In this document: positions 10,598 through 19,431 of the stretch, one piece after another
How the letters are laid out: every line of letters starts with the position of its first letter
How positions within the stretch are numbered: the first letter of the stretch is position 1
Assembly: GCA_039194035.1 (NCBI GenBank)
Contig: JBCCWF010000003.1
Span: forward strand, 1 to 48,582
Direction: 5' to 3'
Length of the DNA: 48,582 nucleotides
DNA from: Cyanobacteria bacterium P01_E01_bin.6
Lineage (GTDB): Bacteria > Cyanobacteriota > Cyanobacteriia > CAKZMO01
The notes under the pieces: model-generated
Databases searched by the model: none
Told to the model about the DNA's origin: nothing
The model's input: only the letters and a program-made list of their open reading frames with translations
Made by a program: the position numbers and the translations under genes

Positions 10598-13500
10598 TTA
10601 CTCGAGGGCATTCAGTTTCTCCATCAAAAGCACCTCTGTTTCATCTTCGGATAATTGTTCTAGCGTGTTGAGCAAATCAGTGTTGAGTAAATCAGCAGAC
10701 TCATTCGCAGCCGTGGGTAAAGACGGCTCCAGTTCCCGGTCTGCTTCCAACTGCAAAACGTCGCGCAGTAAATAGCCAGCTAAAGCTGCGATCGTCGGGT
10801 AGTTAAATCCGAGCGTGGGGGATAAAGAATGCCCTAATACTTGCTCTAGTCGGTTTTTCAACTCGACTACCATTAGCGAGTCAAAGCCCATCTTAAAAAA
10901 GCCAAGGGTGGGTTCAATAGACTCAGCAGATGAAACTCCCAAAACTCTGGCAAATTCCTGTTGCAGAAAACTAACCAGCAATGGTAAACGATCGCACGGA
11001 TTAACCTCAGCCAATTGCTGACTCCAATTAGCGTTTGTAACTGGACTGAGATCGCCCGTCTCTGGAGGTAAGGATTTTTGAGGACTGGTTTCGAGCCAGT
11101 ATCGCTGTCGTTGAAATGGATACGTTGGTAATCGGAGGCGGCTGTAGCAATCTGCTTGATACACCCCTGTCCAATCAATTGCTACGCCATGAACAAATAA
11201 ATGGCCCAGACTACTTAGCATCACTTGCCAATCGGATTGCTCCGGATGCAAGCTGGATAACCAGGCCCCTGTCCCTTGTGGAAGGCAGTGCTGCCCCATG
11301 CCGATGAGAGTTGGTTTTGGACCTATTTCCAGAAAAAGGGGATATCCTTGTTGATGCAGCGTTGCCATCCCCTCCACAAATTTGACCGGCTGCAGTAAAT
11401 GATTGACCCAATAGGTTGGCGTGGCGATGTCTGCGGTTCCCAGAGCACCCGTTACGTTGGAGATCAGTGCAATTTTCTGAGGGGAGTAGGCGATCTTGCT
11501 AGCAACTTGCTCGAAGTCATGCCGAATGGGGGCCATGAGGGGAGAATGAAAAGCATGGGAAACAGACAAGCGTACTATTCTGATTCCGCCAGCCGCCAGG
11601 GTAGCAGTTGCATCTGCGATCGCCTCTTGCTGTCCCGAAATGACCACGTTTTCAGGACCATTGTAGGCAGCGATACTAACGGTATCGGTATAGGGACGTA
11701 GTACTGCCATTACCTGGGCTGCCGGAGCTAGCACAGCGGCCATCTCCCCGGTTTTGGGCAAGGCTTGCATTAAGCGTCCCCGGGCCGCAACCAACCGCAA
11801 TCCATCCTTGAGACTAAAGACTCCTGCCACGCAGGCTGCAACATATTCACCGATGCTGTGCCCCATGACAGCGGCTGGTTCAATGCCCCAGGACTGCCAC
11901 AATTTCGCCAGAGCATACTCCACCGCAAATAGGGCTGGCTGGGTGAAAGCTGTTTGATCCAGAAGGGGACTGGTGCCCGTTGGCGGATAGAGCACCTCTA
12001 GCAATGAGGGGGCTAAATCAGCATCAGCGCACAGAATTTCATGGCATTGATCGATCGCCTCGCGAAAGATGGGTTGCGTATGATATAGCTCCTGGCCCAT
12101 GCGAACGTACTGGGAGCCTTGCCCTGTGAACAGAAAAACAACGGGTGGACTCTTGCGGCGGGTGACTTGCCCTGTGACTAGCCCTGGACTCGCCTGTTCG
12201 GCCAAGAATGTTTGCAGTTGCTCACGTAACGCCTCTGTGGAGGTCGCGATCGCAGCCAACCGATGGGGAAACGTCGAGCGTTTCGTGTTGGCATTAAAGC
12301 AAACATCTGCAAGCGAAATGGCGGGATAATCGGTTAAAAATTTAATGTAGCGCTGAGCCAAGGCGTGCAGGGCGCTGACACTCGTGGCGCTCAGGGTCAG
12401 CAGATGACTGGGGCGATCGTCTGCTCGATCTCTGACAGAAGGGGTCGGTGCAGCCTCCAAAACGACATGAGCATTGGTGCCGCCGAACCCGAAGGAACTT
12501 ACCCCAGCGACTGGGTTCCCGCTCCAGGGTGATAAGGTGCGCTGAACTTGCAAGGGTAGGGTGTCAAACGGAATATAGGGATTGGGCTGTTGAAAATGCA
12601 GACTGGGAGGAATTTGCTGATGATCGAGTGAGAGCGCGACTTTAATTAGGCCAGCGATTCCTGCGGCTGCTTCAGCATGACCAATGTTTGTCTTCACAGA
12701 CCCGATCGCACAAATAGATCCGGCAGGGCGATCGTCTGTCAACACCGCTCCCAGTGCCTTCATTTCGATCGGGTCGCCTAATTTGGTTCCTGTTCCGTGA
12801 GCCTCAATGTAGTGCACTTGCCCAGGAGAGATCCCTGCCTGCCGATAGGCTGCTCGCAACAATGCTTCCTGTGATTTGGGTTGGGGAGCAGTGAGTCCGT
12901 TGGTGCGCCCGTCTTGGTTTATCGCACTGCCTTGAATCAAGGCATAAATGGGGTCTCGATCAGCTAGCGCCTGAGATAGACACTTCAAGACTACGACTCC
13001 CGCCCCCTCGCTCCGCACGTACCCATCTGCTCTGGAATCAAATGCCTTGCAGCGACCATCTGGAGCCATAAATCCAGCTTTGTCAAAGCTGCGAGTCACC
13101 TCTGGCAGTCCCATCACCTGCGCCCCTCCGGCTAACGCTAGGGTCGATTCGCCACTGCGTAAACTCTGGCAGGCAAGATGCACAGCGACCAGAGAGGATG
13201 AACAGGCTGTATCGATCGCCAGACTAGGTCCTCTCAAGTCAAGTAAGTAGGAGAGGCGGTTGGCGGCCATGCAATTCACCGTGCCTGTGGTAGCGTAAGG
13301 GTCATCAGAAGGGTTTCTCCAAACCAGCGTTGAATAGTCATGCAGTGAAATGCCAACATAGACTCCCGTTGAGGTACCGGCAAGTTGTTCGGGAATCAGC
13401 CCAGCATCTTCTAGGGCTTCCCAGGCCACTTCCAGCAGCAATCGCTGTTGCGGATCCATACGAGTGACCTCGCGAGTGGCGATACCAAAGAATTGGGGGT

Positions 13501-13687
13501 CAAACTGATCGACCTGGTCGAGAAATCCACCCCAGCGGATGGGGGTCTGCGACTCTGACCAGCGATCCGATGGAACTGGAGTAATCGCATCGACCCCATC
13601 TCGCAACAGCTGCCAAAATGCCTTTGGTCCATCTGCACCAGGGAAGCGGCACCCAATTCCAACGATCGCAATCGGTTCTTTATCCAT
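10598..13687 (-). CDS. Type I PKS module 1: KS-AT(malonyl)-ACP, non-reducing
   Basis: KS DTACSSS/HGTGT; AT GHSIG...HAFH; ACP GFDSL; C-terminal docking segment LEQLSEDETEVLL. The start overlaps the P450 stop. Confidence 0.95.
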   Translation of the reverse strand: MDKEPIAIVGIGCRFPGADGPKAFWQLLRDGVDAITPVPSDRWSESQTPIRWGGFLDQVDQFDPQFFGIATREVTRMDPQQRLLLEVAWEALEDAGLIPEQLAGTSTGVYVGISLHDYSTLVWRNPSDDPYATTGTVNCMAANRLSYLLDLRGPSLAIDTACSSSLVAVHLACQSLRSGESTLALAGGAQVMGLPEVTRSFDKAGFMAPDGRCKAFDSRADGYVRSEGAGVVVLKCLSQALADRDPIYALIQGSAINQDGRTNGLTAPQPKSQEALLRAAYRQAGISPGQVHYIEAHGTGTKLGDPIEMKALGAVLTDDRPAGSICAIGSVKTNIGHAEAAAGIAGLIKVALSLDHQQIPPSLHFQQPNPYIPFDTLPLQVQRTLSPWSGNPVAGVSSFGFGGTNAHVVLEAAPTPSVRDRADDRPSHLLTLSATSVSALHALAQRYIKFLTDYPAISLADVCFNANTKRSTFPHRLAAIATSTEALREQLQTFLAEQASPGLVTGQVTRRKSPPVVFLFTGQGSQYVRMGQELYHTQPIFREAIDQCHEILCADADLAPSLLEVLYPPTGTSPLLDQTAFTQPALFAVEYALAKLWQSWGIEPAAVMGHSIGEYVAACVAGVFSLKDGLRLVAARGRLMQALPKTGEMAAVLAPAAQVMAVLRPYTDTVSIAAYNGPENVVISGQQEAIADATATLAAGGIRIVRLSVSHAFHSPLMAPIRHDFEQVASKIAYSPQKIALISNVTGALGTADIATPTYWVNHLLQPVKFVEGMATLHQQGYPLFLEIGPKPTLIGMGQHCLPQGTGAWLSSLHPEQSDWQVMLSSLGHLFVHGVAIDWTGVYQADCYSRLRLPTYPFQRQRYWLETSPQKSLPPETGDLSPVTNANWSQQLAEVNPCDRLPLLVSFLQQEFARVLGVSSAESIEPTLGFFKMGFDSLMVVELKNRLEQVLGHSLSPTLGFNYPTIAALAGYLLRDVLQLEADRELEPSLPTAANESADLLNTDLLNTLEQLSEDETEVLLMEKLNALE
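10665..10694. repeat. 15-bp tandem duplication (DLLNT x2) in the C-terminal linker of PKS module 1
   Basis: GTGTTGAGCAAATCA followed by GTGTTGAGTAAATCA. Confidence 0.8.
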
Positions 13688-14909
13688 AGCTCAAAGGCGC
13701 GGGTTGCGCAAAGGTAACGTTGAGTGATTTCAGTCCTCGTAGAACCAAATTACCCCGCCATTCCAGTGGTGCGGGAGAGAGCGCTAACTGAGGTAGCGTT
13801 TGGATCAGGGTTGAGATGGCAACCTGTCCTTGAACCCGAGCCAGAGCAGCCCCCAGACAGTAGTGAATGCCAGTACCAAAGGGCAGGGGACGATGGCAGC
13901 GGCTAAAGTCGAGGCGATCCGGATCCGGAAATTGCGCTGGGTCACGATTGGCAGCCCCCAGACAGACAATGACTTTCTCTCCAGCACAGATCCGCTTGCC
14001 TCCAATTTCGACATCGACCTGCACATCTCGACCAATGAGCTGTACTGGGCTGTCGTAGCGCATTAGTTCTTCGACCGCACTGGTGATCAGGCTGGGATCC
14101 TGCTTGATCTGTGTTAATTGCTCCGGGTGGTGCAAGAGTGCTAGCATCCCGTTACCAATCAAGTTTTCGGTGGTTTCCTGACCCACGCTAAACAACATCG
14201 TGCACAGAGATAGCAATTCATCCTGACTCAGGGATATTCCCTGTTGTTGAATCTGAACCAGATCACTCAAGAGATCGTCTTGGGGATGGACCGCCTTGGT
14301 GGCGATCGCGTCACGGAAATAATCTCTCATCTCTTGGGCAACGAGCTCCAGAGACCCATATTCTTCTAAAGACAGGGGTTGATCGAAAACACGAAATAAC
14401 TGTATGGCCCATTCAACGAGTTGTTCCCTGTCATGGGCTGAAATTCCTAAAAGTTGAGCTGTGACTAAAGCGGGTAAAGGTCTGGCAAAATCGGCCATCA
14501 GATCCATCTTGCCGGTTTGATGCACGTTGGCAATTAACTCATTCACGATCGTCTGAATTTGAGGACGCAGGCGCTCGACCATGCTGGGAGAAAACGCTTT
14601 GCTCACTAGCGATCGCAGACGAGTATGATCCGGTGGGTTAAGGAAAAACAACCATTGGCCGATGGTTTGTCGCAGCACATCGAAACTTTGCCAATGCTTG
14701 AACTGTGATCCTTTGTGTTCCAGGCGATCAGGCAAATCATCGACCACAAATCTTCGATCTCCGAGAACTGCGATCGCGTCTGTGTAACGGGTCAACAGCC
14801 ATCCCCTCGTAAACCCCCGAATCTTATGAACCGGATCGTGGGTGCGCAAATAGTGATAGGTAGGGTAAGGGTCGGAGCGGAATGCAGGCAGAAAGGGGTT
14901 AAACTTCAT
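13680..14909 (-). CDS. Cytochrome P450 (CYP107/BioI-like)
   Basis: Heme motif FGTGIHYCLG, ExxR (EELMR), I-helix VGQETT and PPDHTRLR. Confidence 0.95.
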   Translation of the reverse strand: MKFNPFLPAFRSDPYPTYHYLRTHDPVHKIRGFTRGWLLTRYTDAIAVLGDRRFVVDDLPDRLEHKGSQFKHWQSFDVLRQTIGQWLFFLNPPDHTRLRSLVSKAFSPSMVERLRPQIQTIVNELIANVHQTGKMDLMADFARPLPALVTAQLLGISAHDREQLVEWAIQLFRVFDQPLSLEEYGSLELVAQEMRDYFRDAIATKAVHPQDDLLSDLVQIQQQGISLSQDELLSLCTMLFSVGQETTENLIGNGMLALLHHPEQLTQIKQDPSLITSAVEELMRYDSPVQLIGRDVQVDVEIGGKRICAGEKVIVCLGAANRDPAQFPDPDRLDFSRCHRPLPFGTGIHYCLGAALARVQGQVAISTLIQTLPQLALSPAPLEWRGNLVLRGLKSLNVTFAQPAPLSYG

Positions 14910-14945
14910 AAATCTGAGGGGGGGGGGTAGGTGTGCTCGTCTGGA

Positions 14946-15266
14946 TCAGTGAGTCAGCAGAGATGGTGATTCCCCCAGGTGCTCTGCCAGGGCTGCAATG
15001 GTTGAGTAATCGAAGGGTAGGGTAGGGTCTAGCTCTTGTCCCATCCAATCCCCCAAACCCTGGGTCAAACTGACAATGGCAGAAGAATCCAGCCCATAGC
15101 GATCAAAGGAAACGTCCAGATCGACCTCTGCCAAACTAATGTCTAACAGTGTAGAGAGATGGGAAGCCAGCCATTGCTCAATCTCAGCCGTTGTTTTTTT
15201 AACTGGCTGGTTGGCTGTGGGTGTTAGGGGTTGAGCGATTTCAGAATTTTGCCTGTCCATGCACAT
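14946..15266 (-). CDS. Stand-alone acyl carrier protein, likely the FAAL partner (JamC-like)
   Basis: FDRYGLDSS phosphopantetheine motif; lies directly after the FAAL and desaturase genes. Confidence 0.93.
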   Translation of the reverse strand: MCMDRQNSEIAQPLTPTANQPVKKTTAEIEQWLASHLSTLLDISLAEVDLDVSFDRYGLDSSAIVSLTQGLGDWMGQELDPTLPFDYSTIAALAEHLGESPSLLTH

Positions 15267-15296
15267 ATTCCTTAATGAAAGTTTTGGCGATGGTGT

Positions 15297-16249
15297 CTAT
15301 CCAGCTTTTTTAACGACTACTCGGTTGGCCTTGGGAACTTTGACATCCCATGCCATTCTGGTCATTTTCAGCAGCCGAATGACCCAGTAACCCAATTCCA
15401 CTTGCCACTACTCCAGCCCAAATTTGGCTGACTTGGGAAAGCCATGGTAATTGTTATGCCAGCTTTCTCCCAGGGTAAGCAAGGAAAGCCAAGGGTTATT
15501 GGTGCTGCAGTTGTCCACTGCAAAGGGGCGGCCACTCCAGGTATGGGCAATCGAGTTGATGACATAACCGCTATGCTATGACTTGAGAAGAAAAGTCGGG
15601 CTAATCCTCCCCAGACCAGTTCTTGAAACGCACTCAGCCAAGTTTGAATGAGGAGCAAGCCCAAAATTGACGGAATCACGATACCCAGAGAAATCCAAAC
15701 TACATACAACCTATTGATTTGGGCGATCACGGCGTCTTGCTGCAAATCTTTAGCAAACAACATTGAATTGGGTAGTTGACTGTCAAGCAACCATCCAATA
15801 CGAGCGTACCAGAGTTCCCGCAGGTTGCCTTGAAGTCCTGATCCATGCAGGTGAGGTGAGTGAGGATCTCCCAGCTTGTCGCTGTACTGGTGATGACAGC
15901 GGTGAACCGACACCCACGCTGTTACCGATCCCTGCTCTGCCATTGAGCCAAGGATAGCCAAGGCAATCTGAATCGGTCGGGTCGTCTGGAAGGTTTTGTG
16001 GGAGAAATATCGATGAAAGCCTACCGTAATACCAATTGAGGTGAGACAGTACGCTCCAAGCAACAGGCAAACACTCAGTAGGATCACTTGTACTGTCACC
16101 AATTGGTAGGCGGCGATCGCGCATCCCGTCAAGGAGAGCACACTCATGCCCAGAATGAACCGTTGCTTGATCTGCTGTAGGTAACGGCTATAGACGGTAA
16201 TCTTAGACTGGGCAGCGATCGGATTGTGACTCTTGGGTTGATTGGACAT
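15297..16249 (-). pseudogene. Membrane fatty-acyl desaturase/acetylenase (JamB-like), inactivated
   Basis: His boxes HRYFSH and HRCHH are present. A 5-bp duplication (CTATG x2, 15571-15580) shifts the frame. The corrected frame reads SHSGYVINSIAHTW...GESWHNNYHGFP...GLE*WQVELGY...AWDVKVPK, with a TAG at 15408-15410 and the natural stop at 15297-15299. Confidence 0.92.
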
Positions 16250-16273
16250 ACGGATACCCTGTGGAATGTTGGC

Positions 16274-18034
16274 TCAAGGGGCAACGGCTGCTATTTGAAC
16301 CGCTCTGGATCGGTTAGCGAGACAATTCAAGCTATTAGTCAGAAACGCTTGCCGACAAGCATGGCGCTGAATCTTACCGCTCGATGTTTTGGGAATGCTG
16401 CCGGTTTCAATCAAAACAATAGCGTGAATGTGCAACCCATGCTCAGCGGTAGTTGCCTCCTGAATGTCACCTAAAACGGTGTTCACATCTAAACTACGCC
16501 GATGGCTGCGTTCCACTTCTTGAACGACAACCAGATGTTCTTCCCCAGCAATCTCCACCCCAAAGGCTGCGCCACAGCCGGATCTCAGCGCAGGATGACT
16601 CTGTTCAACCGTGCGTTCGATGTCTTGAGGATAGTAATTGCGACCTCGAATCACGATGGTGTCTTTCAATCGCCCTGTGATAAACAGTTCACCTTCTTGC
16701 ATGAATCCCAGATCGCCAGTTCGCAAGAATGGACCTTCTTTAGTGTCTGCCAAGTATGCCTGAAAGGTTTGTTCTGTTGCCTGGGGTTGTTGCCAGTAGC
16801 CCCGAGCAACGCTCGGTCCAGCGATCCAAACTTCGCCAATCTGGTCTGCCGGGCACTGAACCAGTGTTTTGGGATTCACAATCGATACTCTCTCAGCTAA
16901 CCAGGTGCGACCACAACCGACGACCGAACGGGAGGGCACTTGTCCATTAGCCGCAACCGCCCGATTCTGCTCAACATCAGGCGCACTGATTGAGCAGATA
17001 GTTGGAGGGGCGGTTTTTAATCCTCCAGTGACAAACAACGTTGCTTCTGCCATCCCATAACACGGGTAGAATGCAGAATCCTTAAAACCTTTCGGAGCAA
17101 AGGTCTGGGCAAATCTTGCTAATGTTTCAGCCCGAACAGGCTCTGCCCCGTTGAAGGCGACATCCCAACTGCTCAAATCTAGATCGGCACATTGCTCGGA
17201 CGTCGTTTTACGGATACAAGCGTCATAGGCAAAATTTGGTCCGCCACTGGTAGTTGCCCGGTAGCGAGAGATTGCTTGCAGCCACCGGTGTGGTTTTTGC
17301 AAAAAGGCAATCGGTGAGAGCAGAATGCACGGAATTCCCAGGTATAAGGGTTGCAAGACGTTCCCAATCAAACCCATATCGTGGAACAGGGGTAACCAGC
17401 CAACTATGACCGTTGCAGAGCTATGCCCAAAGGACTGTTGAATTGTTCGTTGGTTGTGTAGCAGGTTATGGTGCGTAACCATGACCCCCTTGGGGGAGCC
17501 AGTAGACCCAGATGTGTACTGGAGAAATGCGAGGGCATTCTCAGTCAATCGTGGCTCTTGCCACCCTTGTGCTACACCAGCAGTCATGACATCAGTAGCT
17601 AACCATCGCAAACTCGCCAGATTAGATGCCTGTTTCAGCTTGCCAATCAACGATTGAGTCGAGAGGAGCAGCGTTGCCTGAGTAGCGGTCAACAGGGACT
17701 GTAGGTGGGCAAACTGGCGATCGCGACTAGGTGGATAAGCCGGAACTGCCACAACTCCTGCATAGAGACAGCCGAAGAACGCCGCAATAAAGTCTAATCC
17801 TGGAGGGTAGAGCAACAATGCTCGATCGCCTAATCTGCAATGGCTCTGGAGAAGAGCGGCAATCTCCTGTGCTCTGCGATCCAGGTCTCGATAGGTCCAT
17901 CGCTGCTCTTGTGTTTCGCCATCAATCAAGAAAATAAAAGCGGTCTTATCTGGCTGAAGTTGCGCCCTGTAGCGGAGCAAATCAACCAATGTTGCCAGGG
18001 GATGTAATCCTTTCAACGAATCTTCTGTGAACAC
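16274..18034 (-). CDS. Fatty acyl-AMP ligase (FAAL), starter activation
   Basis: LQYTSGSTGSPKG, GWLPLFHDMGL, YPCYGMAE, LRTGDLG and IPKTSSGK motifs; GTG start preceded by an AAGGGAG RBS. Confidence 0.95.
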   Translation of the reverse strand: MFTEDSLKGLHPLATLVDLLRYRAQLQPDKTAFIFLIDGETQEQRWTYRDLDRRAQEIAALLQSHCRLGDRALLLYPPGLDFIAAFFGCLYAGVVAVPAYPPSRDRQFAHLQSLLTATQATLLLSTQSLIGKLKQASNLASLRWLATDVMTAGVAQGWQEPRLTENALAFLQYTSGSTGSPKGVMVTHHNLLHNQRTIQQSFGHSSATVIVGWLPLFHDMGLIGNVLQPLYLGIPCILLSPIAFLQKPHRWLQAISRYRATTSGGPNFAYDACIRKTTSEQCADLDLSSWDVAFNGAEPVRAETLARFAQTFAPKGFKDSAFYPCYGMAEATLFVTGGLKTAPPTICSISAPDVEQNRAVAANGQVPSRSVVGCGRTWLAERVSIVNPKTLVQCPADQIGEVWIAGPSVARGYWQQPQATEQTFQAYLADTKEGPFLRTGDLGFMQEGELFITGRLKDTIVIRGRNYYPQDIERTVEQSHPALRSGCGAAFGVEIAGEEHLVVVQEVERSHRRSLDVNTVLGDIQEATTAEHGLHIHAIVLIETGSIPKTSSGKIQRHACRQAFLTNSLNCLANRSRAVQIAAVAP

Positions 18035-18074
18035 CTGAGATGCTCCCTTCTACAATTTGAGCTGAAGGTTGACC

Positions 18075-18130
18075 TATTGTAACTAAAGTAAAATATTGTG
18101 GCAAAAGTAAAATATCGTAGCCAGGTAAAA
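18075..18130. promoter_or_regulatory. 19-bp-period direct repeats upstream of the FAAL gene, a possible regulator site
   Basis: AAAGTAAAATATTGTGGCA (18085-18103) and AAAGTAAAATATCGTAGCC (18104-18122), with partial copies on either side. The function is inferred. Confidence 0.4.
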
Positions 18131-18428
18131 CTGTCTTCAAAAAAACGCTCAATGATTGACTTTAGGAATCAGTAAATTGATGCAGAATTACCCGACCTTA
18201 TCTCAATAGAGTCTTACCATTAATGATATAGTTTAGCAATAAGCTTGAGCGATTTACTGATGGAGTATCTACAGATCGCTTACCTGCCTCCTCTCTCCTA
18301 CTTATTCCTACAACTCTTGATAAATAAACTCCCTAGCCTTTCTCGCATCTTTTTTGTTAAGAAATATGCGGCTAATGCATAGCTTCTAGCAAAGTCTAGG
18401 TGCAAGAAAATGTCAGAGGACTATTGTC

Positions 18429-19260
18429 GGTTGTGTCGCAAATTACTTTTTAGCAACAAATAAAATATCTCGTTCGCGTTTCGTTAAGCACTCATTCCAA
18501 ATAGCGCTTCAATGAACTTTACTTGCGACATACTGTCCCCTTGACTAATTCTCGTCCCTTGTCCTTTGCAAATCATACTCATCGCTTCAATTCCTCTCAA
18601 CGTTCGTCTCGCCGTGTTGAATGAGCCGAATCCCATCATCGATCTCACAATCCGTTTGACGTTTCGATGCTCCTGCTCAAGGATGTTGCTCAAGTATTTA
18701 ATCTGCTGGAATTCCATTTCCTCTGCAATTGTTCCATCGGCTTTCAACGTTTCTATTGCCACAGGGTAGGCAGCATTCTTGTCTACCGTAATCACTCGTG
18801 GTGTTTGGGTGTGTTGCGCCTTGAGCACTTTACGCAAAGAAGCGTGCGGCTGCTTTGCTGTCTTGCTTTGCACTCAGTAGAAGTCTAACGTGTTACCCGC
18901 TGAATCCACCGCGAGGTCAAAGATATTTCCACTCCCCTTTGACCTGAATGTAGGTTTCATCCACCTTCCAGGAATCGTTCGTGGGCTTCAGATGCGGGCG
19001 AATGCGTTTGTCTAGTTCTGGAGCATACTTCAACACCTATCGATTAATCGTGGAATGATCCACCTCTACCTCTCGTTGCTGCATCATCTCCTCCAAATTT
19101 CGATAGCTCAAGGCGTAACGGCAGTACCAGCAAACGTTGAGCAGGATGATATCAGGCAAAAGTGCGCCACTTGAATAGAGTTAGGAGTAGACATTGGAGA
19201 GGAGCTAAGCGGGTCTGGGCTTACCTTACCTTGCCACTGACCATTTTTTGCGCCAGCACC
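18429..19260 (-). mobile_element. IS6-family element, 832 bp, degenerate
   Basis: Imperfect IRs GGTTGTGTCGCAAA (18429-18442) and TTTGCGCCAGCACC (19247-19260), 11/14 matching. Flanked by an 8-bp target duplication CTATTGTC (18421-18428) / CTATTGCC (19261-19268). Confidence 0.88.
18484..19194 (-). pseudogene. IS6-family transposase with frameshifts and stops
   Basis: Fragments LFKWR, YCRYALSYRNLEEMM, VDHSTINR*, SWKVDETYI, RVITVDKNAAYP and YLSNILEQEHR. Confidence 0.9.
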
Positions 19261-19431
19261 CTATTGCCAAGAACTCTCAATAGTTATATGATGCATCGTA
19301 TCGATGAAAAACTGTTCTTAGCTGGGGATTGCCCCAAAGTTACAGATACGTAGAATTTGCACTTTGTAAGACTATAGGTTCCATCCAATTCTGGATGGGG
19401 ATTGGTTCTAGCCGTACATTTGGCGAAGAAT

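Noticed and set aside
15368-16249. 293-aa ORF as an intact desaturase
   Set aside because: Its last ~70 residues are out of frame and the third His box is missing from that translation.
18035-19431. Fur box or NtcA site supporting a siderophore role
   Set aside because: I found no convincing match by eye. No TonB-dependent receptor or transporter is in the window either, so the metallophore function remains an inference.
19402-19431. Upstream non-ATG starts given by the ORF track (19402, also 29994 and 37167) and the 5728 start
   Set aside because: Downstream ATGs fit the domain boundaries, RBS position or translational coupling better.
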